Assembly: GCA_028688055.1 (NCBI GenBank) | Contig: JAQTYZ010000001.1 | Location: 242,910-306,909 of the forward strand | From: Patescibacteria group bacterium | GTDB taxonomy: Bacteria > Patescibacteriota > Patescibacteriia > Buchananbacterales > UBA6539 | Length of the DNA stretch: 64,000 nt | Direction of reading: 5' to 3' | In this document: positions 9,605 to 20,000 of the stretch, one piece after another | Layout of the letters: every line of letters begins with the position of its first letter | How positions within the stretch are numbered: the stretch's first letter is position 1 | Program-made: the position numbers and the translations under genes | Notes under the pieces: model-generated | Seen by the model: the letters and a program-made list of their open reading frames with translations, nothing else | Databases searched by the model: none | Told to the model about the DNA's origin: nothing

Positions 9605-10717
9605 ATGTTTCCAAAAAAATATTTAGTTTATCTTAAGAATTTTGATTGGATCTTATTTGGATCCTTTTTTTTGCTAATTTGTTTCGGGCTGGCGGCAATT
9701 TATAGTATTACCATTAGTTCGGACCAACCAGATTTTTCTAATTTTAAAAAACAAATTACTTTTACCATTATTGGTTTAGTCATTGTTTCAATTTTAACAA
9801 TGATTGATTATCATTATTGGCATGATTTCAGCTTAGTTGTTTACGGTTTGGTTTTTGTGCCATTAATATTAGTTTTGTTTTTAGGCCGAACCATTAGCGG
9901 CACGACTGGCTGGTTTTCTTTTTTTGGCATTAATTTTCAACCGGTTGAAATTGCCAAAATTTCGTTGATCATTTGTTTGGCGTGGTTTTTTAGCCATGTT
10001 GGCGAAAACATCAAACAATTGAAAAATTTTATTATTAGTGCCATCATTGTTGGCTCATATTTTGGGCTAGTTATTTTACAGCCAGATTTTGGATCAGGAA
10101 TGATTCTAATTGGCATTTGGTTTTTGATGATTATCTTTGCCGGCGTTAATAAGCGTCACTTATTGGTGTCCGGAATATTATTGGCAATCGTCGCGGTCAT
10201 AGCTTGGTTTTTTCTTTTCCATGATTATCAACAAGCGAGAATTATGACGTTTTTTAATCCGCAAGCTGATCCTTATGGTCGCGGTTATCACGTTAGACAA
10301 GCCGTTACCGCGGTCGGTGCCGGGGGATTATTTGGTCGCGGTTTAGGCTTTGGTTCACAAAGCCAGCTCAAGTTTATACCTGCTAGCGAAACCGACTTTA
10401 TTTTTGCGGTCATCGCTGAAGAACTTGGTTTTTTTGGGGTAAGCTTAGTTTTATTTTTCTGGGCGATTATATTTTATCGGCTAATTAAAATAGCAAAACA
10501 GATGAAAGACTCCTTTGCCCTCTACTTTGTGTTAGGCGTCTCGGCGCTGTTTTTTTGTCAGCTAATGGTTAATATTGGAATGAATATCGGCTTAGTGCCA
10601 GTAACGGGAATTTCGTTGCCCTTTTTGAGCTACGGCGGAAGTTTTTTGGTGGTCAGTATGGCGGCAATTGGTATGGTTGAAGGAATGATCGTAAAAAATC
10701 GCCTAGCCAGTAGTTAA
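9605..10717 (+). CDS. rodA: Rod shape-determining SEDS peptidoglycan polymerase RodA
   Basis: FQPVEIAK, LQPDFG, IPASETDFIFAVIAEELG, PVTGISLPFLSYGGS. Confidence 0.92.
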   Translation: MFPKKYLVYLKNFDWILFGSFFLLICFGLAAIYSITISSDQPDFSNFKKQITFTIIGLVIVSILTMIDYHYWHDFSLVVYGLVFVPLILVLFLGRTISGTTGWFSFFGINFQPVEIAKISLIICLAWFFSHVGENIKQLKNFIISAIIVGSYFGLVILQPDFGSGMILIGIWFLMIIFAGVNKRHLLVSGILLAIVAVIAWFFLFHDYQQARIMTFFNPQADPYGRGYHVRQAVTAVGAGGLFGRGLGFGSQSQLKFIPASETDFIFAVIAEELGFFGVSLVLFFWAIIFYRLIKIAKQMKDSFALYFVLGVSALFFCQLMVNIGMNIGLVPVTGISLPFLSYGGSFLVVSMAAIGMVEGMIVKNRLASS

Positions 10718-10766
10718 GATATTACTTGACTTATTCTAGAGTTTTAGCTATATTATTTAGGTATTT

Positions 10767-11102
10767 ATGGAGGATAAACTTTTTAATTTCTTAAGCGACA
10801 GCACAACGCTGATAACTCACTGTCCGGTGTGTAATTTGCGCTATGATCCGCTTGCGGCCAGGATTCTTGAAGAATCAAGTGCTAATCACTTGGTTCACAT
10901 TACTTGCCGATATTGCCAAGCGTCGGTCTTAGCTTTAATTATTACGAGCCAAATGGGCGTTAGCTCAATTGGGTTAATTACTGACCTAAACAGCGATGAG
11001 GTAGCAGACTTTAGAAAGAGCGGCAATATTACAACTGATGATGTCATTGAGATCCATCAGTTTTTAAACCGACAGCGCGCTCTGATAGATTATCTGAACT
11101 AG
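10767..11102 (+). CDS. Small hypothetical protein with two CxxC motifs (putative zinc ribbon)
   Basis: HCPVC and TCRYC; own promoter-like TTGACT...TATATT upstream. Confidence 0.7.
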   Translation: MEDKLFNFLSDSTTLITHCPVCNLRYDPLAARILEESSANHLVHITCRYCQASVLALIITSQMGVSSIGLITDLNSDEVADFRKSGNITTDDVIEIHQFLNRQRALIDYLN

Positions 11103-11131
11103 CGTTAGTTGTAGCATTAAACAATAAAAAT

Positions 11132-11806
11132 ATGACAAGCCAAGCATTGCAATTAACAGCCTCACTTCGGGAATTAACTAAAAAGAAGTCTGGTCAATTA
11201 CGTGAAGCCGGGAAAATTCCGGCGGTTTTATACGGTCATAAACTCGAATCCAAAAATTTGACTTTAGATTATATTGCTTTTGAAAAAGTATTAAAGGGTG
11301 CTGGTGAAAGCACTTTGGTTGACTTGGCTGTTGATACGACCGCCCCGGTCAAGGTTCTGATTCAAGATTATCAACAGGATCCGCGAAGCGGTAAAATTCT
11401 TCACGTTGATTTTTATCAAGTCAGAATGGACGAAAAATTAACCACCGAAATTACCTTAAAGTTTATCAATGAAGCACCGGCCGTCAAGGAGTTAAGTGGC
11501 AACCTATTTACCAATATGCACCATCTTGAGGTTGAATGTTTGCCTCAATATTTAGTTCACGAAATCGAAGTTGATTTATCAGTTTTGAAAACCTTCGACG
11601 ATGTTATTCACGTTAAAGATATTAAATTACCTGAAGGCCTGGAAGTTTTAAGTGTGCCAACAGATGTTGTCGTGATGGTACAGGAGCAAAGAAGTGAGCA
11701 AGAGTTAGCTGATTTAGAAGCTAAGCCGGAAGAGCAGCTACCCGCTGACGTTACCGAAAGTGTTGGGGGAGAGGCTGGACAAGCGGAAACAAAAGAAAAA
11801 AAATAA
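11132..11806 (+). CDS. rplY: 50S ribosomal protein L25/Ctc
   Basis: LREAGKIPAVLYG, ILHVDFY, IHVKDIKLP, acidic tail. Confidence 0.95.
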   Translation: MTSQALQLTASLRELTKKKSGQLREAGKIPAVLYGHKLESKNLTLDYIAFEKVLKGAGESTLVDLAVDTTAPVKVLIQDYQQDPRSGKILHVDFYQVRMDEKLTTEITLKFINEAPAVKELSGNLFTNMHHLEVECLPQYLVHEIEVDLSVLKTFDDVIHVKDIKLPEGLEVLSVPTDVVVMVQEQRSEQELADLEAKPEEQLPADVTESVGGEAGQAETKEKK

Positions 11807-11817
11807 TGTTAATTCTA

Positions 11818-11844
11818 AAATCCCCCCGTTAATCGGGGGGATTT
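11818..11844 (+). terminator. Intrinsic terminator after rplY
   Basis: AAATCCCCCC-GTTAATC-GGGGGGATTT inverted repeat. Confidence 0.65.
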
Positions 11845-12876
11845 ATGATTGTCATGAATTACGATCAAATAAAAAAAATAAGCTATTATTATCGTTATTT
11901 AATCTTGTTATCTTTATATTCGCTGGTTGTTTTTACGATCTTATTTTATGTGGCCTTTTTTCAGCCCGCAAATTTAAATTGGGATAGTTCAGTTAATCAT
12001 CGGGTTGGTCCAACCGGTTTTAGGTTACTTGACGGCGTTGCCGTCTCGCGCGCTAAAATAGCGCTTCGACCGTTTGCCACCATTATCGAAAATCAGGTCG
12101 ACTCTCGACCGACTGCCGGACTCGAATATGCCAGCGTTGTCTATGAAACAATTGTTGAAGGGGATATTACTAGATATTTGGCGATTTTTGATGGTAGTTC
12201 CCAGGTAAAAAAAATTGGTCCTATCAGATCGGTGAGGCCCTTTTTTATCTCTTTAGCTAAACAATGGGATTCGGTGTTATTCCATGCCGGTGGCAGCGAG
12301 GAAGCCTTAAATTCCTTAAAAAATGGCGCGCTTGATCATATTAACGAAATTTCTGGTGATGGCCTATTTTTTTGGAGAGATTATTCGCGAGTTGCGCCGC
12401 ACAATTTGTTTACGTCTTCAGATTTAATTGGCCGGGCGTTTGCTGCTAAGGGTTATAATGAACAAGCTAATTTTAAGCCCTGGCTATTTAAAAATGACTC
12501 CCGACCGCCAACCACCACTAATCAGCTAATTGAGGTTAACCTTTCACCAAACCCTGATTATAATGTTTCATTTTCATACGATTTTAGGACTAATGGTTAT
12601 CTGAGGTATTTAGGAGGCAGTCTTCACAAAACCGACCGAGGAATTATTCTGGAGGCTAAAAATGTGATTATTGAACATGTCAGGCATGTTGTTATTGATG
12701 ACTATGGTCGGCTTAATATTAATGTGACCGGCGGCGGTCAAGCCGAAATTTATCAGGATGGCTCGCGAATTAATGGCAGCTGGCGGTCAGTCAATGGCCG
12801 AACAAAATATTATGATGAAAATAATAACGAAATCAGTTTAAATCGCGGTAGCACTTGGATTGAGCTGGTTTTTTAG
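11845..12876 (+). CDS. DUF3048 (YerB-like) domain protein
   Basis: RPFATIIEN, VYETIVEGDITRYLA, IGPIRSVR, HAGGS, RVAPHN, LNRGSTWIE. Start may be 11854. Confidence 0.85.
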   Translation: MIVMNYDQIKKISYYYRYLILLSLYSLVVFTILFYVAFFQPANLNWDSSVNHRVGPTGFRLLDGVAVSRAKIALRPFATIIENQVDSRPTAGLEYASVVYETIVEGDITRYLAIFDGSSQVKKIGPIRSVRPFFISLAKQWDSVLFHAGGSEEALNSLKNGALDHINEISGDGLFFWRDYSRVAPHNLFTSSDLIGRAFAAKGYNEQANFKPWLFKNDSRPPTTTNQLIEVNLSPNPDYNVSFSYDFRTNGYLRYLGGSLHKTDRGIILEAKNVIIEHVRHVVIDDYGRLNINVTGGGQAEIYQDGSRINGSWRSVNGRTKYYDENNNEISLNRGSTWIELVF

Positions 12877-12915
12877 CTTGATTTTAAAGTCTAAATAGTC
12901 TAAAATGCTAGTGCT

Positions 12916-14484
12916 ATGACATTGGCATTATACCGAAAATATCGACCGCAATCTTTTTCCGAAGTGGTTGGACAAAACCACATTAAGACGACTATCCAAA
13001 GTGAGCTAGAAACTGATAAAGTAGCTCACGCTTATTTATTTTCCGGTCCAAGGGGTTTAGGTAAAACGACAACGGCCAGGTTGCTAGCTAAATCACTGAA
13101 CTGCCTTAATCGCCAGCCGGGCGAAAGTGAGCCCTGTAACAAATGTGATTCGTGTCTGGAAATGATCGAAGGCCGGGCGTTAGATGTGATTGAAATTGAC
13201 GCTGCTTCCCACACTGGCGTTGATAATGTCAGAGAAAATATTATAAATAATTCGCGCTTTACGCCGACGAGCCGAAAATTCAAAGCATTTATTATTGATG
13301 AAGTTCATATGCTTTCGACCTCGGCCTTCAACGCTTTGCTAAAAACGCTTGAAGAACCGCCGGCTCACGCCGTGTTTATTTTAGCCACAACGGAAATTCA
13401 CAAGGTGCCACAAACAATAATTTCTCGCTGTCAGCATTTTGATTTTAGGCGAGTCAGCGACAATGAAATATTTGAGCGACTTAAAATACTTTCAAAAAAA
13501 GAGCACAAAAAAATCGACGATAATATCCTGGAAAATATCGCTCATCATGGCCAAGGTTCCTTTCGTGATTCGGAAAGTTTGTTGGGCCAAATCCTATCGT
13601 TAGATGATAAAGAGATTACAGCCGAGCAGGCGGAATTGGTGATGCCAACATCCAAATATGATCTTGGTTTACAATTTATTGACCTGATTAATAAATCAGA
13701 TGCCAAATCGGCCATTGAGCTGGTAAACAAATTAGTGTCCGACGGGGTTGATTTAGAGCGATTTAATCTGGACACTATTTTATTGTTGAGAAAAATATTA
13801 TTATTTAAAATCAACCCAAAATTAGGACAATATGCCGTTAGTCTAAATAAGAATTTAGAATCATCAATTACAATGCTCTCGACGTCGATTACTGAAGAAA
13901 AGCTCATTATGATGATCGAAATATTTTCGCTCAAACGTTTGGAGTTCAAAATAAGCGATATTCCTCAGCTACCGCTCGAGATGGCCGTCTTACAAATTAT
14001 TGGCACCAATGATTCAAACAATGTTTCAGTTTCTAAAGATGACGACTCAGATAATCAGGCGGCAAGGGTTGAGCCAACTGTAAAAGTAACACCGGAGATT
14101 GAGTCTAAAAAAGAGGAAAAATCAAAAATGGCAAAGGTTGAATTAAATATCAATCAATTCAAGGAGAAATGGTCTGAATTTTTGGATGTTACCAAGGGCC
14201 ACAACCAAAGCCTCGCTTCAGCGATTAGAATTGGTGAACCAAGAATCAATAATGGAAACTTTGAGATTGCCTTCCCCCACCGTTTTCACCAGCAGCGGGC
14301 CAATGAAACAAAAAATCGCCAGATTTTGGAAAAAGTCATTGAACAGGTTTATGGCTTGATAATTCCAGTCCATTCCGTAGTTGACGAAAATCTGATAAAC
14401 GTTAATAATAATGAAGTTGACCCAGCAGCTAGTAATCAAATAGGTAGCATTTTGGATAATTTCGGGGGTCAGCTGATTGATTAG
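12916..14484 (+). CDS. dnaX: DNA polymerase III subunit gamma/tau
   Basis: LYRKYRP, GPRGLGKTT, EPCNKCDSC, IDEVHML, LLKTLEEPP, SRC. Confidence 0.97.
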   Translation: MTLALYRKYRPQSFSEVVGQNHIKTTIQSELETDKVAHAYLFSGPRGLGKTTTARLLAKSLNCLNRQPGESEPCNKCDSCLEMIEGRALDVIEIDAASHTGVDNVRENIINNSRFTPTSRKFKAFIIDEVHMLSTSAFNALLKTLEEPPAHAVFILATTEIHKVPQTIISRCQHFDFRRVSDNEIFERLKILSKKEHKKIDDNILENIAHHGQGSFRDSESLLGQILSLDDKEITAEQAELVMPTSKYDLGLQFIDLINKSDAKSAIELVNKLVSDGVDLERFNLDTILLLRKILLFKINPKLGQYAVSLNKNLESSITMLSTSITEEKLIMMIEIFSLKRLEFKISDIPQLPLEMAVLQIIGTNDSNNVSVSKDDDSDNQAARVEPTVKVTPEIESKKEEKSKMAKVELNINQFKEKWSEFLDVTKGHNQSLASAIRIGEPRINNGNFEIAFPHRFHQQRANETKNRQILEKVIEQVYGLIIPVHSVVDENLINVNNNEVDPAASNQIGSILDNFGGQLID

Positions 14485-14487
14485 TAT

Positions 14488-14561
14488 TCGGGGGTCGTCT
14501 AAAGGTAGGACGCCAGATTCTGGCTCTGGTAATCGGGGTTCGAGTCCCTGCCCCCGAGCCA
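14488..14561 (+). tRNA. tRNA-Gln (anticodon CTG), CCA encoded
   Basis: Acceptor TCGGGGG/CCCCCGA, anticodon arm CCAGA-TTCTGGC-TCTGG, T-loop GGTTCGAGTCC. Confidence 0.95.
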
Positions 14562-14584
14562 AGGTTATATAAAATTGTAGTCTA

Positions 14585-14677
14585 ATGAATATACTAAGTA
14601 AAACACTAAGATCAGGCTTCCGTATGCCTGTTTTTGGTTTAGGTGCTGACAGGGGAAGAAGGGTGCTAAATTATTAA
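14585..14677 (+). pseudogene. 30-codon remnant resembling an aldo/keto reductase N-terminus
   Basis: Translates MNILSKTLRSGFRMPVFGLGADRGRRVLNY*. L.SG..MP..GLG matches the AKR first strand motif; similarity stops after GLG. Confidence 0.5.
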
Positions 14678-14728
14678 ATATCCGGATCAGTAGGTTGTTC
14701 CAGCCGCTGTTCCGTTAAACTTATAAAT

Positions 14729-14983
14729 ATGTTTGATAAATTAAAACAATTACGTGAATTAAAAGCGTTACAGGACCAGATGCGCCATAAGAAATATGAA
14801 GTATCCGAAGGTGGTATAACGGTCGTTGTAAATGGCAATCTAATTTTGGAATCGCTTGATATATCAAGCGATAGTAGTCAAAATATTTCCGGTGAAGCAA
14901 TTAAGCAGAGTGTTAATAAAGCCATAAAAAAAGCCCAACAGGGGATGGCTCAGAAGCTTCAGGGCATGAATCTTGGTCTATAA
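14729..14983 (+). CDS. ybaB: YbaB/EbfC nucleoid-associated protein
   Basis: Size, GGITVVVNG, AIKQSVNKAIKKAQ, position downstream of dnaX. Confidence 0.8.
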   Translation: MFDKLKQLRELKALQDQMRHKKYEVSEGGITVVVNGNLILESLDISSDSSQNISGEAIKQSVNKAIKKAQQGMAQKLQGMNLGL

Positions 14984-14984
14984 A

Positions 14985-15704
14985 ATGGAATCAAAAAAAA
15001 ATAAATTAAAGTCGGCCGACATTTTAGGTGAATTATATTATTACGCTGACCAAAAAAAAGCTGCAATTTTGCAGCGTTTTTTTAAAACCGGAAGAGGCGA
15101 ATACGGATTTGGTGATATTTTTTTAGGGGTCAATGTCCCAACCCAAAGAAAAATTGCCAAAAAATATACTACCATTGAGTTAAAAGAGGTAGTAAAACTT
15201 TTGAAAAGTAAAATTCATGAATCACGATTGGTCGGTTTAATTATTTTAACGGATAAATTTAGTAAGGCCACCGCGGCGACTGACCGCCAGGAAATTAAGG
15301 ATTTTTATAGCCATAACATCGCGCGGGTAAATAGCTGGGACTTAGTCGATCTGTCGGCACCAAAAATTCTTGGCAAATATCTGCTGGGTAAGCAAAAATT
15401 AGAACTTGCAGGGATGGCCAAGTCACCATCAGTTTGGGTCAGAAGAATAGCGATTGTTTCAACCTTTGAGTTTATAAAACATAAAAAATATTCTGAAACT
15501 ATAAAATTGTGCAATATTATGATTAATGATCAGCATGACTTAATTCATAAGGCCTGCGGCTGGGTGTTGCGAGAAGTTGGAAAAAGAGACCTAAATGTTT
15601 TACTAAAATTCTTGGCTAAAAATAAACTGAAGATGCCTAGAACAATGCTTCGGTATGCAATCGAAAAATTGCCTGAGCACCGCCGGCAAGCTTATTTGAA
15701 TTAA
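14985..15704 (+). CDS. DNA alkylation repair enzyme (AlkD-like HEAT-repeat glycosylase)
   Basis: RFFKTGRGEYG, NSWDLVDLSAP, WVRRIAIVST, DLIHKACGWVLREVGK, MPRTMLRYAIEK. ATG at 14985. Confidence 0.9.
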   Translation: MESKKNKLKSADILGELYYYADQKKAAILQRFFKTGRGEYGFGDIFLGVNVPTQRKIAKKYTTIELKEVVKLLKSKIHESRLVGLIILTDKFSKATAATDRQEIKDFYSHNIARVNSWDLVDLSAPKILGKYLLGKQKLELAGMAKSPSVWVRRIAIVSTFEFIKHKKYSETIKLCNIMINDQHDLIHKACGWVLREVGKRDLNVLLKFLAKNKLKMPRTMLRYAIEKLPEHRRQAYLN

Positions 15705-15742
15705 AATTTTGCCGTTAGATATAATGGTATATAATTAATCCT

Positions 15743-16819
15743 ATGGCCATGGCCTTGTTAGTAAAAAGTATGTTGGGTTTAGCCCTTATCTTACTGCCGC
15801 TTTTTGGTAATTTGGATTTTTTTAGTTCTACAATAGTGCTGCATAAACCCGATAAAATCGAAAATAGGGGAATATATGTGACAGCTTATACTGCAGGGTC
15901 AAAAGATAAACGAGCAGCATTGGTTAACTTAATTGAAAGAAGCGAGCTTAATTCAATTGTGATTGATCTTAAAGACTATAGTGGTCTTATTTTTTTTCAA
16001 TCAAATGTTCCACTGGTGAATAAAATTGGTGCGGCTGACATTAGAATTTCTGATTTGAAGGACTGGTTGGCTGACTTAAAAAAAAGAAATATTTATACTA
16101 TTGGTCGAATAGTGGTATTTCAGGATCCCAAGTTAGCTGAAAAAATGCCTGAAATTGCCTTAAAGTCAAAATCAGGTGGTATCTGGCGCGACTTTAAGGG
16201 TCTATCGTGGGTTGACCCTACAAACATCATTGTCTGGAAGTACAATCTGGATATTGCCAAGTCGGCCGCCAGACTTGGATTTGATGAAATAAATTTTGAC
16301 TATGTCAGATTTCCGTCAGATGGTGATATTAAGAATATTGTCTACTCTAACCTAGACAATAACGATCATAAGTCACAAATTATGGCGGCGTTTTACAAAT
16401 ATGTTGACGATAGTATGAAGTTTGAACCAGTTTTAACCTCGGCTGATTTATTTGGCATGGTTTTGTGGCGATCAGACGGATTAAATATCGGCCAAAGGTA
16501 TGAAGATGCCGCTAATCACTTTGATTATATTTGTCCAATGGTTTACCCATCACATTATCCGGCTGGTTTTCAAAATTTTAGTAATCCGGCGGTCCACCCA
16601 TATGATGTCATCTATAAGAGCCTAATTCGAGCCAAGGATTTGGTCCCTAAACCAAGGGCAGACCTTAGACCGTGGATTCAGGTCTTTAATCTTGGGGCGG
16701 TATATACTCCGGAAATGGTTAAGGCAGAAAAACAAGCTGTTTATGATTCCAATTCAAATGGCTGGCTGATGTGGAATGCCACAAATAGGTATAAAGAAGA
16801 AGATCTTACCATCGAGTAG
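15743..16819 (+). CDS. Putative glycoside hydrolase (DUF4015-like TIM barrel), membrane anchored
   Basis: RGIYVT, VIDLKD, RIVVFQDP, GFDEINFDYVRFP, PMVYPSHY, RPWIQ. Confidence 0.85.
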   Translation: MAMALLVKSMLGLALILLPLFGNLDFFSSTIVLHKPDKIENRGIYVTAYTAGSKDKRAALVNLIERSELNSIVIDLKDYSGLIFFQSNVPLVNKIGAADIRISDLKDWLADLKKRNIYTIGRIVVFQDPKLAEKMPEIALKSKSGGIWRDFKGLSWVDPTNIIVWKYNLDIAKSAARLGFDEINFDYVRFPSDGDIKNIVYSNLDNNDHKSQIMAAFYKYVDDSMKFEPVLTSADLFGMVLWRSDGLNIGQRYEDAANHFDYICPMVYPSHYPAGFQNFSNPAVHPYDVIYKSLIRAKDLVPKPRADLRPWIQVFNLGAVYTPEMVKAEKQAVYDSNSNGWLMWNATNRYKEEDLTIE

Positions 16820-16878
16820 GTTGACATTAGTTAAATAAAATATTGTAATCAAACTGTGACTAAATGGCAAAATTTATC

Positions 16879-16906
16879 TTGACAGTAGTTGTTAAGTTGT
16901 GATAAT
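16879..16906 (+). promoter_or_regulatory. Sigma70-like promoter for the giant surface protein
   Basis: TTGACA-N16-GATAAT with an extended -10 TG. Confidence 0.55.
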
Positions 16907-17074
16907 TTTAAATAACTAATTGCCGCACTTCTAAATTAAAAAGAATAGCGGCACCCATTTGAAACAAAAACCAATAAGTTTGACCTTAAAGTTTCCGCGT
17001 GGAACATTTCAGCAGTTTGAGTAGGAGGTTAAATATTGGTTTATTTTTTTTGAAAAATAATAAATAACAACATT

Positions 17075-20000
17075 ATGGTTAATAAAAAGTTGGTTAAACC
17101 GGCTTGGAATTTCTTTAGCTGGTTTATGATTGTGATGACGGTGGTTCCGTTTTCAGCAATCAGTATATCCCCAAGGGCGGCGCAAGCTAGCACTGGGGTT
17201 GTTTTATTCCAAGATGATTTTGAGTCTGGCTTAGCGAGTTGGACTTCAGACTCAGGCACCGTTGGTACCGACGACTCATCAAGTTATCGACGAAGTTGTC
17301 CTGGTGATTTTAGTAGTTGCGGCGTTGATGCCCAAAATGACTATTTATACTTTCAAAACGATGCTGAAATAATCAAAACGATTAATACAACCGGGTATAC
17401 TGACGCAACTTTTAGCTACTGGCGCCGGGGTGTTGGTTTATCCTCAAATGACCGATTTGAAACGGCCTGGAGGATTGGAACTTCAGGTAGCTGGACACCA
17501 TTAGAATCAGACAAAGATTCTACTTGGACTAAAAAAACGTTTGTGCTTTCGGGCTCAGCTGACCAGACGGCAATTCAGATAAGACTGCGTTTAACAAATG
17601 CCGAATCTTCAGATAAGGCTCTTTTTGATGATATTCAGACAGTGGCTGACGACTTAACCCAGCCGGGAATTCAAATTACAACAATAAATAACGGCCAACC
17701 GGATGATTTCTCTTGTCCAAATAACCCGCCGTCAAATCCGATAACACTCAGTGGTTCTGGCGCCGGTAGTACGCCGCCAGGTCTTATTGAACAGTATAAG
17801 GTTCAGGTTGACTGGGGCGATGGTAATGTTGAAAATGATTTAGGAGTTTTTACTCCAAGCAGTGGTCACGGTAATTTTACTTTTACTTTTACCGCCTCAG
17901 CTCATAGTTATACCAGTAGTGGCACCTATACCGTTAAAGCTCGTCTTTATCATCAAGCCGCACCAGGAAATGATGGTGATGCCGACGCTGTTACCACATT
18001 TGAAACGTGTGCCACGGTTATTTCCTGCGGCGACGGTATAAAAAATGGCAGTGAAGAATGTGATGGTACTGATGGCATTGGGACTCACCAAAGCTGTTCT
18101 CAAGACTGTACTTTAGTTAGCGAGCCATATTGCGGCGATAGTATTGTTAATGGCACTGAACAGTGCGATGCTGGTCCAAATGGATCTGATACCTGCTCAA
18201 CCGATTGTACTACTATTGATCAACAGCCAGTTGCCGTTTGCGGCAATGGCGCTATTGAAGACGGAGAACAGTGTGATGACAGCAATACTACTAATGGCGA
18301 CGGCTGTAGCAATGTCTGCCAGCTGGAAGTTTTACAGTGTGAAGAAATTACCAGCCAAGAAAATGGTTGGTTTGGTCAATATTACAATTATTTTGCGACT
18401 GACTTTGGCATGAATGTTCAGAGCATTTACTGGCCTGATAGTAACCACGGTGATCCATTGAGCGTTAACCAAGCTTTTGATGCCGATTGGTATCAATCTA
18501 ATCATTTCCGTTTCTCAAGGGTTGATAGTTCTATTGATTTTGGTGATAACTTTTTCCCGTTTGACATTGCCCCGGAATCGGCCACTCCCGATGATATCGA
18601 AAATGGTCACGATTTCCACTTTGGGGTTCACTGGAGCGGTATTGTTCATGTTGATAACCCAGGAGAATATATCTACACTGTTCGATCAGATGATGATTCA
18701 TGGATCTATGTTGACGGTGTCCTGATTAATAACGATTTACAGGGTATTCACGCCCCAACTGCCACCAGCGGATCAATGCTTTTGACTGGCGACAATGTTG
18801 TTGATATTTATTTTGCGGAACGACATCGATCAGAATCGGCATTTTCCTTCAATTTTGACAGCGAAGGTGTCAGTATCAAACCATATTCTAAAGATTGTCC
18901 GGAGTGCGGTAATTATGTAACCGACGGGCAGGAGGAATGTGACGCTGGTCCAAACGGTTCAGCTACTTGCTCCGTTGAATGTACAATTTCGATTTGTGGT
19001 AACGGTCGTGTTGAATATGGTGAACAGTGTGATGATAATAATACTGTTAATGGCGACGGCTGTAGCAATGTCTGCCAGCTGGAAGTTTTACAGTGTGAGG
19101 ACATACCAGGCGATAATAATGGTTGGTTCGGTCAATACTATAATTACTTTGCAACTTTATTTGGTATGAATGTTCAGGACATTTACTGGCCTGATAGTAA
19201 TCACGGTGATCCATTGAGCGTTAACCAAGCTTTTGATGCCGATTGGTACACCGCACCATATTTCAGATTTTCGAGAATTGACAGCTCAATTAATTTTGGT
19301 GATAACTTTTTCCCATTTGACATTGCTCCGGAATCGGCCGATTCTGACGACATCGAAAATGGCCACGATTTCCACTTTGGGGTTCACTGGCAGGCTACTG
19401 CTCATGTCAATACGCCTGGAGAATATAGCTATACCATGCGTTCAGACGATGATTCATGGGTATACCTAAATGGTGCTTTAGTTAATGACGACTTAAATGG
19501 TATCCACGCCCCGTCCGCTACCAGTGGAACAATGTATCTCGATGGTTCTGATAACATTGATATTTTCTTTGCGGAACGACATCGTTCACAATCAGCATTT
19601 TCATTTAACTTCGATGGCGAGGATGTGACCTTAACCCCGGTTAACAATCAGTGTGTCGAGAATCCGGTTTGTGGTAATGGTGCTGTTGAACAAGGTGAAC
19701 AATGTGATGACGGAAATACCACTTCCGGCGACGGTTGCAGTGATTTATGTCAACTTGAAAGTATAACGACAAATATTTGTGGCTTTAAATGGAATGATTC
19801 AGATGGCAATCAGTCGTTTGATGAAGGTGAGTCAAAATTAGCCAATTGGACCATTGATTTACTTAAGTTTGGTATTTGTCAGGCAGACGATGAATGGGCT
19901 GATGATATTATCAGCTATACGCCTGGAACCAGAAAGAACGGAACACCAGTGACAGTTGAGCGATCAGATGCTAGCAATGCCTTGGGCGTAGCAGAAAATA

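Noticed and set aside
14101-14115. dnaX programmed -1 frameshift at AAAAAAG
   Set aside because: The run is phased T AAA AAA G rather than A AAA AAG, no clear stimulatory hairpin follows, and A-runs are common in this genome.
14461-14497. 10-bp repeat TTCGGGGGTC at the dnaX end and the tRNA-Gln 5' end
   Set aside because: The first copy encodes the FGG motif common at DnaX C-termini; too short to call an att site.
14218-14562. Minus-strand ORFs overlapping tRNAs (also 53579-53992)
   Set aside because: Antisense shadows of tRNA and CDS sequence; peptides such as GLEPRLPEPESG are typical reverse-tRNA translations.
16991-17006. parS-like sequence GTTTCCGCGTGGAACA
   Set aside because: Only 13/16 match to TGTTCCACGTGGAACA, single copy, and better explained as a small hairpin in the leader.
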